64,000 nt of DNA from Clostridia bacterium (lineage in GTDB: Bacteria; Bacillota; Clostridia; Christensenellales; DTU072): positions 12,570-76,569 of the forward strand of contig DAONQC010000006.1 in assembly GCA_035409945.1 (NCBI GenBank). Reading direction: 5' to 3'. The notes beneath the pieces were generated by a model. That model did not search any database. It was not told the DNA's origin and saw only the letters and a program-made list of their open reading frames with translations. Shown here piece by piece: positions 34,948-44,059 of this stretch (positions are counted from its first letter, which is position 1; every line of letters begins with the position of its first letter). Made by a program: the position numbers and the translations under genes.

Positions 34948-36492
34948 ATGAGTTGGTTTAACTATATAGGTTTAATTGTAGTAGGGCTTTTACTAATTCC
35001 TAATATTGTTTATGCCATTTTAAACAAAGGAAAAGATATAATTGCGTATAGAAGTAAAGGACTTGAAATAGTTGAACAAATCGGAAGATTTGGTTCAATG
35101 ATACTTATGGTATTTAATATCCCATACACATATATGCAATTTTATTTCCAGTTTGCCAAAGAAGTGTATATAGGAGTAAACATCTTTCTGGTTTTGGTAT
35201 ATATCATACTGTTTGTAATTTTGTGGAAGAAAGAGACACTTTCAAAAGCCATTATATTATCTGTTATTCCATCTTTGATATTTATCTTTTCTGGGGTTAT
35301 GATAGCAAGCATTCCGCTTGTTGTTTTTGCATTAATATTTGTAATATCTCACATTATAATTTCAGTTAAAAGCGCATTAATTACTGATTCATCACCTAAA
35401 AGGAAAAGAAATGGTATTTTAACAATAGTATCAATTGGGGTAGCAATTATTTTTATTTCAGTTACCGTAATAGGGTCTTTGATAGGATACTCAAGTTCCT
35501 CGCTAAACAAGTTAAAAGGCATGTCCTCTAAGGAAATGATTGACTATTGTGTCTATGACAAAACAACTAAGATTAGTGTTGCAATTATTGATAATGGAAG
35601 TGTTACGTACCACACATATGGTGTAGATGGAGAAGAAGATATGCTTTATGATTATGAGATTGGTTCTATTAGTAAGACATATTTAGGGCTGCTTTTTTCA
35701 AAGGCTATATCCGAAGGAAAAGTTCAGTTAAACGACTCCATTTCAAAATATTTAGATTTAAGTAGTAACAGGTACTATCCAACAATTGAAAGGCTTTTAA
35801 CACATACCTCTGGATATGAAGGCTATTATTTTGAAAGCGAAATGATTGCGACAAGGTATGCCCAAAAGACAACCAATGATTTTTATGGAATCAGTAGAGA
35901 AAAGATATTAAAGCGTATTCAAAAAGTAAAACTTAAAGATAAAGATTACGAGTTTAAGTATTCGAACTTTGGAATTTCAGTCCTAGGATTAGTGCTTGAA
36001 AAGGTGTACAACAAATCGTTTACTGAGATATTGACCTCGTTTGTAAAAAACGATTTAGGATTAAACAATACTACTGTTGCATCATATTCTGGAAATTTAC
36101 ACGGATACTGGATTTGGGAAGACAATGACGGATACATTCCTGCGGGAAGTATCATCTCAACGATAAAAGATATGGCTACGTATTTAAAAATCTACCTAGA
36201 TGATTCCTTACCATATGCAAAACAAGCGATTACTCAAATTAAGAAGGTCGATGGTAACAATCCAACATATAACGCTATGAATATACGGATTGATTCTATA
36301 GGCATGACTTGGGTACACGATGATACAAATGGAATTACCTGGCATAATGGAGCGACTGGCGCTTTCAATACATACATAGCTTTTAATGATAATAAGACAA
36401 AAGGAGTCGTAATCCTTTCCAACTTAAGTCCAACTGACCGCATTCCCATGACCACCATCGGCACTAAATTAATGCTTGAAATAATGAACTAG
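34948..36492 (+). CDS. Membrane-anchored serine hydrolase of the beta-lactamase family
   Basis: Five to six N-terminal TM helices, then the SxxK motif (GSISKTY) and a YSN motif (FKYSNFG). Confidence 0.8.
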   Translation: MSWFNYIGLIVVGLLLIPNIVYAILNKGKDIIAYRSKGLEIVEQIGRFGSMILMVFNIPYTYMQFYFQFAKEVYIGVNIFLVLVYIILFVILWKKETLSKAIILSVIPSLIFIFSGVMIASIPLVVFALIFVISHIIISVKSALITDSSPKRKRNGILTIVSIGVAIIFISVTVIGSLIGYSSSSLNKLKGMSSKEMIDYCVYDKTTKISVAIIDNGSVTYHTYGVDGEEDMLYDYEIGSISKTYLGLLFSKAISEGKVQLNDSISKYLDLSSNRYYPTIERLLTHTSGYEGYYFESEMIATRYAQKTTNDFYGISREKILKRIQKVKLKDKDYEFKYSNFGISVLGLVLEKVYNKSFTEILTSFVKNDLGLNNTTVASYSGNLHGYWIWEDNDGYIPAGSIISTIKDMATYLKIYLDDSLPYAKQAITQIKKVDGNNPTYNAMNIRIDSIGMTWVHDDTNGITWHNGATGAFNTYIAFNDNKTKGVVILSNLSPTDRIPMTTIGTKLMLEIMN

Positions 36493-36514
36493 CTAAATAT
36501 TAACCAGGTCTCAT

Positions 36515-37447
36515 TTAACTATGTTGGTTTAAAAAGGTATCAAGCGCTTCATCAATTTCTGCACCATGACCTTCCATCATATGTCCACCGTCAGGAAAGG
36601 AAATGAGAGTGAGGACCGGAAAACGGTGTTTAACATTTTTAACTTTTTCAAAACTTGCCACAGGATCATCTTCAGAATGTAAAATTAATACTGGAACTTG
36701 TAATTGTTCAATTGGATATTTATCAAAGTTTCGTTCCATGTCAGGATTAGTGTATTTACCGTCCAAAACAACACCACCTTTTCTGTCTTCAACAGGCAAG
36801 ATGGTTTTAACTGTTGAGGCAGGCATTCCCATCATAGGCTGCATGAGTGGGCTTATCAAATACATTGCATAACTAGACAGTAGTGGCTCTGGCGGAGCTT
36901 GATATTCTATAAACGAATCAGGTTTTTCAGTAACTGGCATAGCGGAACAGTATAGAATTAATCCTTTTACACGCTCAGGATAGTCTAAAGAAAATCGAAT
37001 TGCTGGTGTTCCACCCGCAGAGGTTGCGAGAACAAAGACTTTGTCTATTTCTAGATAATCTAAAAGTTCTTTAAAAGCAGTAGCTTGTTCGCTAGGCGTT
37101 CCTTCTCCTTTTATGCTAGAGCCAAGATAACCAAACCTTGATGGCGCAAGCAAGCGATTTGTAGAGCCTCTATTTTTAACGCTCTCATATGCTTGATCAT
37201 ATCCGCCAAAGATACCGTGCACAGATAAAATAGTTTCACCAGATCCTGTGTCTATATATGTCATGGAACCATATGAAAGATTTGCTACTTTTGAATCATA
37301 TGAATCAAGTTTGGCTTGAGCTTTTTTTACTCCAACAGCACAACGAATGCCTTGTATCCCTAAATACAAGACAATAGTAAGCAAAATAATAATCAAGAAA
37401 GCGAGTAATATCCGTTTTACAATTCCTTTTTTCTTTACATTTGCCAT
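36515..37447 (-). CDS. Membrane-anchored alpha/beta-fold hydrolase
   Basis: N-terminal TM, HGIFGG oxyanion region, ATSAGG elbow, C-terminal DGGHM. Confidence 0.75.
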   Translation of the reverse strand: MANVKKKGIVKRILLAFLIIILLTIVLYLGIQGIRCAVGVKKAQAKLDSYDSKVANLSYGSMTYIDTGSGETILSVHGIFGGYDQAYESVKNRGSTNRLLAPSRFGYLGSSIKGEGTPSEQATAFKELLDYLEIDKVFVLATSAGGTPAIRFSLDYPERVKGLILYCSAMPVTEKPDSFIEYQAPPEPLLSSYAMYLISPLMQPMMGMPASTVKTILPVEDRKGGVVLDGKYTNPDMERNFDKYPIEQLQVPVLILHSEDDPVASFEKVKNVKHRFPVLTLISFPDGGHMMEGHGAEIDEALDTFLNQHS

Positions 37448-37589
37448 ATTTTTTTCTCCATTTGTTATTAAACTTAGTTATAACTTAGGTTCTTATTGTT
37501 GAATATTGCTATATTTGTTGTATTTACTGAATGCTGTTAATCAGTCTAAGTTCTTGCTTTTGAGCATTTCGCCATTTACATATTATGTT

Positions 37590-38171
37590 TTATATGTTTA
37601 CAATTTTTGCTATGAGATTAAAGAAAGCGAAATAATCGTTCTCGGAGTTTAAATCAAACCCCACAAGATTTTTACTGATTGAGCGGTTTAGAAAGGCAGA
37701 TTGGATGCAAGATAGTAAAATAAAAGCTTTTACCTTCCGTATATCATCAGACTTAGCTTCTGGCAGGGCTTTTAAAATCGCATTGTAACTTCTAGAAGAG
37801 TTGCTTTCTTCATTTGGGTTTAAAAGGTCTCCAAGCATAGAGATTTTAGATATCTCTGCATTGTTTAACAGAAAATCAAAAACTTTCGTCGTAAAAGTCG
37901 TTATATCAAAAACTACATCTTTGTTCGAGTAATTACTGGTTTTTGAAAAGATGTCCATTACATTAGAAATAATTCGTTGTACACAAATTTCAATTAAATT
38001 TGCTTTAGAACCAAAGTGATAATTAATGAGACCTACGGCAATGTCGGCTTCCTTAGCTATGTCTCTAATAGTAATGTTCTCTACAAATCCATTTGAGCGT
38101 TGGATTAAAGACATGGTGGTTTTTATTATTTGTTCTTGTACAGGTGAAGATTTTTTGCCCAAGTTTTCCAT
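37590..38171 (-). CDS. TetR-family transcriptional regulator
   Basis: ITIRDIAKEADIAVGLINYHFGSKANLI HTH signature. Confidence 0.85.
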   Translation of the reverse strand: MENLGKKSSPVQEQIIKTTMSLIQRSNGFVENITIRDIAKEADIAVGLINYHFGSKANLIEICVQRIISNVMDIFSKTSNYSNKDVVFDITTFTTKVFDFLLNNAEISKISMLGDLLNPNEESNSSRSYNAILKALPEAKSDDIRKVKAFILLSCIQSAFLNRSISKNLVGFDLNSENDYFAFFNLIAKIVNI

Positions 38172-38183
38172 AGGTACCTCCCT

Positions 38184-38202
38184 AATTGAACGTTGTTCAA
38201 TT
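38184..38202. promoter_or_regulatory. Candidate TetR operator
   Basis: Palindrome AATTGAAC-GTT-GTTCAATT, 13 nt upstream of the tetR start. Confidence 0.5.
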
Positions 38203-38417
38203 TAATTATATGTGATACAATTTATATTGTCAAGATGGTCAAACATATGCCGAAGTGTAATATAATCAATTATTGTTCTGAAAAAGGCGCATACAACACT
38301 TCTATGAACACGGGTACGAAAACGCTAAAGCTCGGAAGTGAAAGAACATTTTACATTAACTTTACACAGTACTTAATATGTTAAGTGTTAAAATATATGC
38401 ATAAATAAAATATATTT

Positions 38418-39146
38418 GTGGGGATGTTTTTGGATATGAAGTGTGTAGTAATTAATGGTACAGAGCAAAAAGGCTGTACATATGCATTAAAAGAGATTTT
38501 TTTAGACGAACTAAAACCAGACGAAGTAACTGAATTTTATTTTCCTGAAGATGCTCCTAATTTTTGTACGGGTTGCAAAGTGTGTTTTATGAAAGATGAA
38601 GCACTTTGTCCTCATTACGCACAAGTTAATCCGATTTGGCAGGCTATGTTAGATGCTGATTTAATAGTGTTTGCATATCCTGTATATGTACTTCGAACTC
38701 CCGGGCATGTAAAGACTTTTCTTGATCATTTAGGAGTGCATTGGTTTGCTCATCGACCAGAGCCTAAAATGTTTAATAAATCAGCTGCGATTATAACTCA
38801 AAGCATTGGCGCTCCCAATGAAGATGCTCAAAAAGATGTGGAGACTAGTTTAAAATGGCTTGGAGTTTCAAGGATTAAAAAACTGGGGCTCGGCATGATG
38901 GAAGGCGTTATTTGGAATGAGATTTCCGAAAAAAGAAGATATTATTTTGAAAAAGATGTGAGAAAGTTTGCTAGGAAATTCAAAGATTTAAAACCTGCAA
39001 AGAAAAGTTTGGAAGTAAAATTTATTTTCACTATGTGTAAGTTTTTACAAAAATATGTAATGAGAAAACTAAAGCCAGGAGAGGCTCCCAGCAGAGATTT
39101 ACAACACTGGCTAGATAATGGATGGATAAAAAGAAAAGGCGCTTGA
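38418..39146 (+). CDS. Flavodoxin-like / NAD(P)H-dependent FMN reductase-like protein
   Basis: MKCVVINGTEQKG..., CTGCKVC, and flavodoxin-like fold pattern. The exact start is uncertain (38418 GTG, 38424 or 38436 ATG). Confidence 0.55.
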   Translation: MGMFLDMKCVVINGTEQKGCTYALKEIFLDELKPDEVTEFYFPEDAPNFCTGCKVCFMKDEALCPHYAQVNPIWQAMLDADLIVFAYPVYVLRTPGHVKTFLDHLGVHWFAHRPEPKMFNKSAAIITQSIGAPNEDAQKDVETSLKWLGVSRIKKLGLGMMEGVIWNEISEKRRYYFEKDVRKFARKFKDLKPAKKSLEVKFIFTMCKFLQKYVMRKLKPGEAPSRDLQHWLDNGWIKRKGA

Positions 39147-39225
39147 TATATAGATGCAGTAGGTTTTACGAAGGCTGTGGTTGTGGTAATAAGATATTGT
39201 AGTGCAATATTTTAGGATAGTGGAA

Positions 39226-40050
39226 ATGAAAAAGATAAGTGGTGGTGATAGAGTGGACTGGAAGATAATTGTGGTAAGAGTCATTCTCAAAGTAATTTTG
39301 GCTATTTTACTATTAGGCTTTGGCTCTAATATTTTAATCCGCACAATTTCATATTCATTTTACAAAGGTAATAAAAATAAATCTGAAGTAACTATATCTC
39401 CTCACAAACTCACATATGCAGAGAATTTAACTGGTTATGGATATAATCTTGAAAATGAGTCCGACTCGGTTATTTTATGCTTTGGTGGCTCATTTTATGT
39501 TGCATACAACACAGTTGGAATGTTTGCACCATACTATGACACTCCATTTCTTTCAGTAGATTATTATGGAACCCAAGAAAGTAAAGGAAAAATGAATTTA
39601 AAAACCATGAAAGCTTCAGCAGAAGGTTTATACGACTATGTAGTACAAAAATATTCTGGTAGAAAAATTATCATAATAGGTCATAGTTATGGATGCGGAA
39701 TGGCGGCTTACTTAGCTTCTGTAAGGGAATGTAGTCACCTATACTTAGCCTCTGGATATAGAGATCTTGCAGACATTTATAACAAGATAATGCCAATCTT
39801 TTGGGGACCACTTAAAATCTTTATTTCTGACAATATGGATATCAAGAGCTACGCGGAAAAAACCACTTGTCCAGTTACAGTAATTGGTTCTGAAAAGGAT
39901 AAAACGTTAAGCAGTAAGCTACAAGGGAAGGTAGCCGAATGCTATAAAAATGCAACACTTAAAATATTTGATGATATTGAACACGAACATTACCTAAAAG
40001 ATGAAAGAGTTGTATCACTAATAAAGGCATCACTAACAGATAATAATTAG
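39226..40050 (+). CDS. Alpha/beta-fold hydrolase (membrane-anchored)
   Basis: GHSYGCG nucleophile elbow and an N-terminal TM. MKKISGG start preferred. Confidence 0.7.
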   Translation: MKKISGGDRVDWKIIVVRVILKVILAILLLGFGSNILIRTISYSFYKGNKNKSEVTISPHKLTYAENLTGYGYNLENESDSVILCFGGSFYVAYNTVGMFAPYYDTPFLSVDYYGTQESKGKMNLKTMKASAEGLYDYVVQKYSGRKIIIIGHSYGCGMAAYLASVRECSHLYLASGYRDLADIYNKIMPIFWGPLKIFISDNMDIKSYAEKTTCPVTVIGSEKDKTLSSKLQGKVAECYKNATLKIFDDIEHEHYLKDERVVSLIKASLTDNN

Positions 40051-40206
40051 CAACGTGATGATATAGACACTAATTAACTACTTGAAAGGTAAAATAGTCA
40101 TAGCGTGAATAAAAACATTGCCAACGGATAATAACTAAAAATACTATGATTTAAACATTAATAAGCGAAGCACTGCGATAGAAAGGCTTCAAATCGAATA
40201 TATAAC

Positions 40207-40267
40207 TTAATGTTGCTAACCATTTAAATTGGTTAAATTTAGACAACATTATTATACGAGGTACAAA
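40207..40267 (+). promoter_or_regulatory. Conserved hairpin 5' leader, copy C (upstream of flavodoxin gene)
   Basis: Outer stem AATGTTG (40209-40215) / CAACATT (40244-40250); inner stem TAACCA (40217-40222) / TGGTTA (40230-40235); then ATTATACGAGG. Confidence 0.7.
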
Positions 40268-40798
40268 ATGAACGGAATTATTTTATACAAGTCAAAATAC
40301 GGCTCAACAAAAAAGTACGCTGATTGGCTATCAGAAGCGACAGGTTTTTCATGTATGGAAACGGATAAAGCAAGTGTTAAATCACTATCTGATGCTGATG
40401 TTATCATTTTAGGCGGTGGTGTCTATGCATCAGGTATAGGCGGACTTAAATTTTTAAGGAAAAACATCGGTGCGTTGAAGGATAAAAAGATTGTTGTATT
40501 TGCTTGCGGAGCATCGCCATATGAAGAAAAAGGCTTTCAGCAACTCAAAGAGCATAACTTAAAAGGAGAGCTGGCTAACCTTCCTCTATTTTATTGCCGT
40601 GGTGCGTGGGATTTAGATTCAATGTCATTTATAGACAGAAAACTATGTAATTTACTAAGAAAAATGCTAGCTAAAAAAGATCCATCGGAATATGAGCCTT
40701 GGGCAAAAGCACTTATGGATGCAGGAGACGCTAAAGCTAATTGGACGGATAAAAAATATATACAGCCAATTCTAAATCACATTGGAAAATCGATATAA
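40268..40798 (+). CDS. Flavodoxin-domain protein
   Basis: MNGIILYKSKYGSTKKYADWL N-terminus typical of flavodoxin-domain proteins. Start set by the conserved leader and RBS. Confidence 0.7.
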   Translation: MNGIILYKSKYGSTKKYADWLSEATGFSCMETDKASVKSLSDADVIILGGGVYASGIGGLKFLRKNIGALKDKKIVVFACGASPYEEKGFQQLKEHNLKGELANLPLFYCRGAWDLDSMSFIDRKLCNLLRKMLAKKDPSEYEPWAKALMDAGDAKANWTDKKYIQPILNHIGKSI

Positions 40799-40834
40799 AT
40801 TGACAATATTATTTGCTGTAGAGATAATATCATT

Positions 40835-41359
40835 ATGAATAAGCAAATAAAAAAATTAATAGTTGTTGTTTTATTAGTAGCCTGCGTGGCGCTAGTAGTT
40901 TTTAATGTAGCTTGTAAAAAAGAGCAAGATAATTATGCACCAATGATTGATAATGCTAGAGAGTATGTGGGCGTTTCTATTTCTCCTGAGAAAAAAAATA
41001 TTGCAAATTATTGCAGGATAGAAAATTACTATACAAGCGCTGAATATAAGGTTATAAGAGTGATTGCTGAAAGAGGTTATGCAGGCGAGATAGAACTACT
41101 TGTCTTATTAGAAGGTACTACGCTAAAGAAAATAAAGGTCATAAAGTCGGATGAAACTCCAGGCCATGGAACAAAGTGTTTTGAGGATAAGTTTTTAGAG
41201 CAGTTTTATGAAAAAGATCTTTCAACTATTGAGCCACTAATAGGCAAGGAAGAGAAAAACGAAAGTGGCGATATCTTGTATGTGACAGGCGCCACCAAGA
41301 CCTCAAGAGCAATAATATCTGCGATTAATGCAGTTATATTGTTTATTAAGTCATTATAG
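40835..41359 (+). CDS. FMN-binding-domain lipoprotein
   Basis: Signal peptide with Cys (NVAC) and the VTGATKTSRAI motif (the flavinylated Thr motif of the RnfG/NqrC-type FMN_bind domain). Confidence 0.7.
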   Translation: MNKQIKKLIVVVLLVACVALVVFNVACKKEQDNYAPMIDNAREYVGVSISPEKKNIANYCRIENYYTSAEYKVIRVIAERGYAGEIELLVLLEGTTLKKIKVIKSDETPGHGTKCFEDKFLEQFYEKDLSTIEPLIGKEEKNESGDILYVTGATKTSRAIISAINAVILFIKSL

Positions 41360-41518
41360 ATTTAAGTTCGATTTTACTACAAATTTTTAAATAATTACTT
41401 TGAATGAGAGAACCAAAACAAGTAGTTAATTTTGGCAGTTGTCGCATAAACTATATTGTTGCTTCTATACCATAAATATGCTACAATCTTGGTATAAAGG
41501 CAACAAGAGGTCTGAAAG

Positions 41519-42097
41519 ATGAATTATGAATCTAAAATCATTGACTATATGGAAAATAACGATGGATACATATCTAATAAAATGACAAAAAAATTAGGTA
41601 TTCCGACTATTTATTTGACTCGCATGGCAGAAAAAAAAGACATTCTCAAAGTTACAAGAGGCGTCTATATCTTGCCTAATATATTTGAAGATGAGTTGTT
41701 TATTAACTATCTAAGATATTCTAAAATTATATACTCTGGCAATACAGCGCTGGTTTTAAATAAAATGTCGAACCGGTCTTTGAAGGAGATAGAAGCCAAT
41801 GTTCCCATTAGTTATAACATACATAACAGCGTTACGTTTAAAACTAATAGAGTTAATAATCTTCGTTATACTCTTGGAAAATCTTTTATAAAAACTGATT
41901 TTGGCAATTTAGTACCAACATATAATAAAGAAAGGGTGCTCTGTGATATTTTTACTTTTGAAACATTAGATAATGAAGCATTGAATTATGCAATAAAATC
42001 AGCTAAAGAACAAAAGATAAACTATGAACAACTTTACGACTATTCTATAAAACTAGGCATATATGAAAAAATACGACTATTATTGGAGATCAGATAA
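41519..42097 (+). CDS. AbiEi-family antitoxin
   Basis: N-terminal wHTH (ISNKMTKKLGIPTIYLTRMAEKKDILKVTRGVYIL). Directly precedes an AbiEii-type gene. Confidence 0.75.
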   Translation: MNYESKIIDYMENNDGYISNKMTKKLGIPTIYLTRMAEKKDILKVTRGVYILPNIFEDELFINYLRYSKIIYSGNTALVLNKMSNRSLKEIEANVPISYNIHNSVTFKTNRVNNLRYTLGKSFIKTDFGNLVPTYNKERVLCDIFTFETLDNEALNYAIKSAKEQKINYEQLYDYSIKLGIYEKIRLLLEIR

Positions 42098-42098
42098 T

Positions 42099-43502
42099 AT
42101 GAATATTGACAAATTGAAAAACATAGTAGTTAATACTGCTAAAAAAGAGAACGTAACGGTGCAAGAAGTCTGGGACAAATATTTTTTTGACCAATTTTTA
42201 GTACGATTATCACAAAGCGAATATAAAGCCAATTTCATATTAAAAGGAGGTTTTTTGCTCGAAAATATTGTTGGTATAAAAAACAGAACTACGCTCGATT
42301 TGGATTTTAGTTATAGACTAGCAAAAATTAATAAAGAAGATTTACAACATAAAATATCGACAATTATAGCTGAAGATGTGAAAGATCAGATAAGCTTCGA
42401 ACTGAGAGATATCAAAAGTATTAATGAAGAAGGCAAATATGGAGGGTTTAGAATAAGAATTGATGGCAACACTGGGAATATAAGAAAAACATTTTCAATA
42501 GATGTTGTTAGTGGCGATATTATAACTCCTTATCCACAGCTTTTAGAGTATAAGACTGATATAAGGCAACAGACAATAAAGGTATATAGTTATAATAAGG
42601 AGACAATTTTGGCTGAAAAATTCCAAACAGTTATCAGTAGAGGAATTAACAACACTAGGATGAAAGATTTTTATGACATATGCATGCTAACTAATGACAA
42701 GAGTTTAGACAGAGAACTGTTGCATGATGTGTTAATTAATACATTTGAAAACAGGAAGACAAGCATCAAAGCAAGTGATATAGAGCCAGTAATTAGTGAT
42801 ATTATTAATTCTAAGCTATTAGAAAGACAGTTTAATGAGTATGTGCGTAAGGCGCAATTTGCTCGCGATTTAGAATATTCTAATGTTATAGATGCATTGG
42901 TTATAGCATTTAAATCGATTAAGTATATAAAAGAGATTAAGCTCAAGATAAAATCTTTGTTGATTATTAGACAGGGTGAAACGGAACAGAGTATAGCTGG
43001 TGGATGGTTTGATTCTCGGTTAACTCAAAGCGGTGTAACACAAATTACTCGTCTAAAGGATGAGATTTCAGAAAAAATTAAGGATTTAGAAGAAGTTTAT
43101 ATATTGTCCAGCGACTTAAATAGAGCAAGAGAAACAGTTAAGATATTATTCAATGATAAATATCCAATTAAGTATGACCAAAGGCTTCGTGAGAGTAATG
43201 ATGCTCACTTAACAAGTCTTGACGTAGATGCCACCAAAACGAAACATCATAATGAGCAGTTAGACAAAATAGAATTTGGAGAAAACTATCCTAACGAGGA
43301 ATCGGCCGAAGGATACTATAATCGAGTTTATGATTGTTTTTTAGGAATCAATGAGCAATATCAAAACAAGAATGTGGTTATCGTAACTCACGAAGGCGCG
43401 TATGGTATTATAAAATCTATAATTAATGGGACAGTATGGTCCAGTAAACAAAGGTATGTGCTGGGATGTTCAGAAGTTTTCGCATACCAAGTTCAGCCAT
43501 GA
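42099..43502 (+). CDS. AbiEii/AbiGii-family nucleotidyltransferase toxin fused to a histidine-phosphatase-like C-terminal domain
   Basis: ILKGGFLLE...RTTLDLDF and ILAEKFQTVISR are NTase motifs. The C-terminal 185 aa has LIIRQGETE..., SSDLNRARET and VTHEG (phosphoglycerate-mutase-type layout, with Q in place of the RHG His; CAG at 42972-42974). The ATG lies 2 nt after the abiEi stop. Confidence 0.75.
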   Translation: MNIDKLKNIVVNTAKKENVTVQEVWDKYFFDQFLVRLSQSEYKANFILKGGFLLENIVGIKNRTTLDLDFSYRLAKINKEDLQHKISTIIAEDVKDQISFELRDIKSINEEGKYGGFRIRIDGNTGNIRKTFSIDVVSGDIITPYPQLLEYKTDIRQQTIKVYSYNKETILAEKFQTVISRGINNTRMKDFYDICMLTNDKSLDRELLHDVLINTFENRKTSIKASDIEPVISDIINSKLLERQFNEYVRKAQFARDLEYSNVIDALVIAFKSIKYIKEIKLKIKSLLIIRQGETEQSIAGGWFDSRLTQSGVTQITRLKDEISEKIKDLEEVYILSSDLNRARETVKILFNDKYPIKYDQRLRESNDAHLTSLDVDATKTKHHNEQLDKIEFGENYPNEESAEGYYNRVYDCFLGINEQYQNKNVVIVTHEGAYGIIKSIINGTVWSSKQRYVLGCSEVFAYQVQP

Positions 43503-43966
43503 TGAGTTTAATATCTGTTGCAATGACCTAACAATTTTTAACTTATTGCTTATTAAACGATATATTATTCATTTGCTATTAAATAGTTATTGTCTTGCAA
43601 AATCATATATTGGTTATGACAAAAGATTGCGAGAAATATAAGTATGCATAAATATGCCAAAATTTAGCATTAGTAGTTGTTATATTAGCCCAGCTTTGTT
43701 GTATTGTACTATTTGTTTGTTAGCAATAGATGGCTAAAAACATAAGTGTTTAGATGGTTTTGAGTAAAGAGTTTGTTTATTAATCGCTATTAAGGACGAG
43801 CGACCGAAATTTACTAAAATCTTAAAACGTACGAAAAAATGGCAGGCTTTTTAGAGCTTAAAATGGCTGAAAGGGCGCATAGGTATCGCGCGTTTTGGCT
43901 TTTTCGTATTTTACAACTGTCAAATTATTAGCGTTAATAAAAGGCGATTAATTTCTTTTTTTTGAT

Positions 43967-43994
43967 TTTACACAAATATTACAAGAGCTTTACC
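43967..43994 (+). promoter_or_regulatory. Pho box (three 11-bp-phased hexamers) upstream of pstS
   Basis: TTTACA (43967), ATTACA (43978) and TTTACC (43989). TAGAAT -10 candidate at 44027-44032. Confidence 0.6.
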
Positions 43995-44059
43995 AATGTT
44001 GGTGGAAGCTTTTTTTCGTTGTGAGATAGAATGAAAGCAGAATCAATAGGAGGTTTAAT

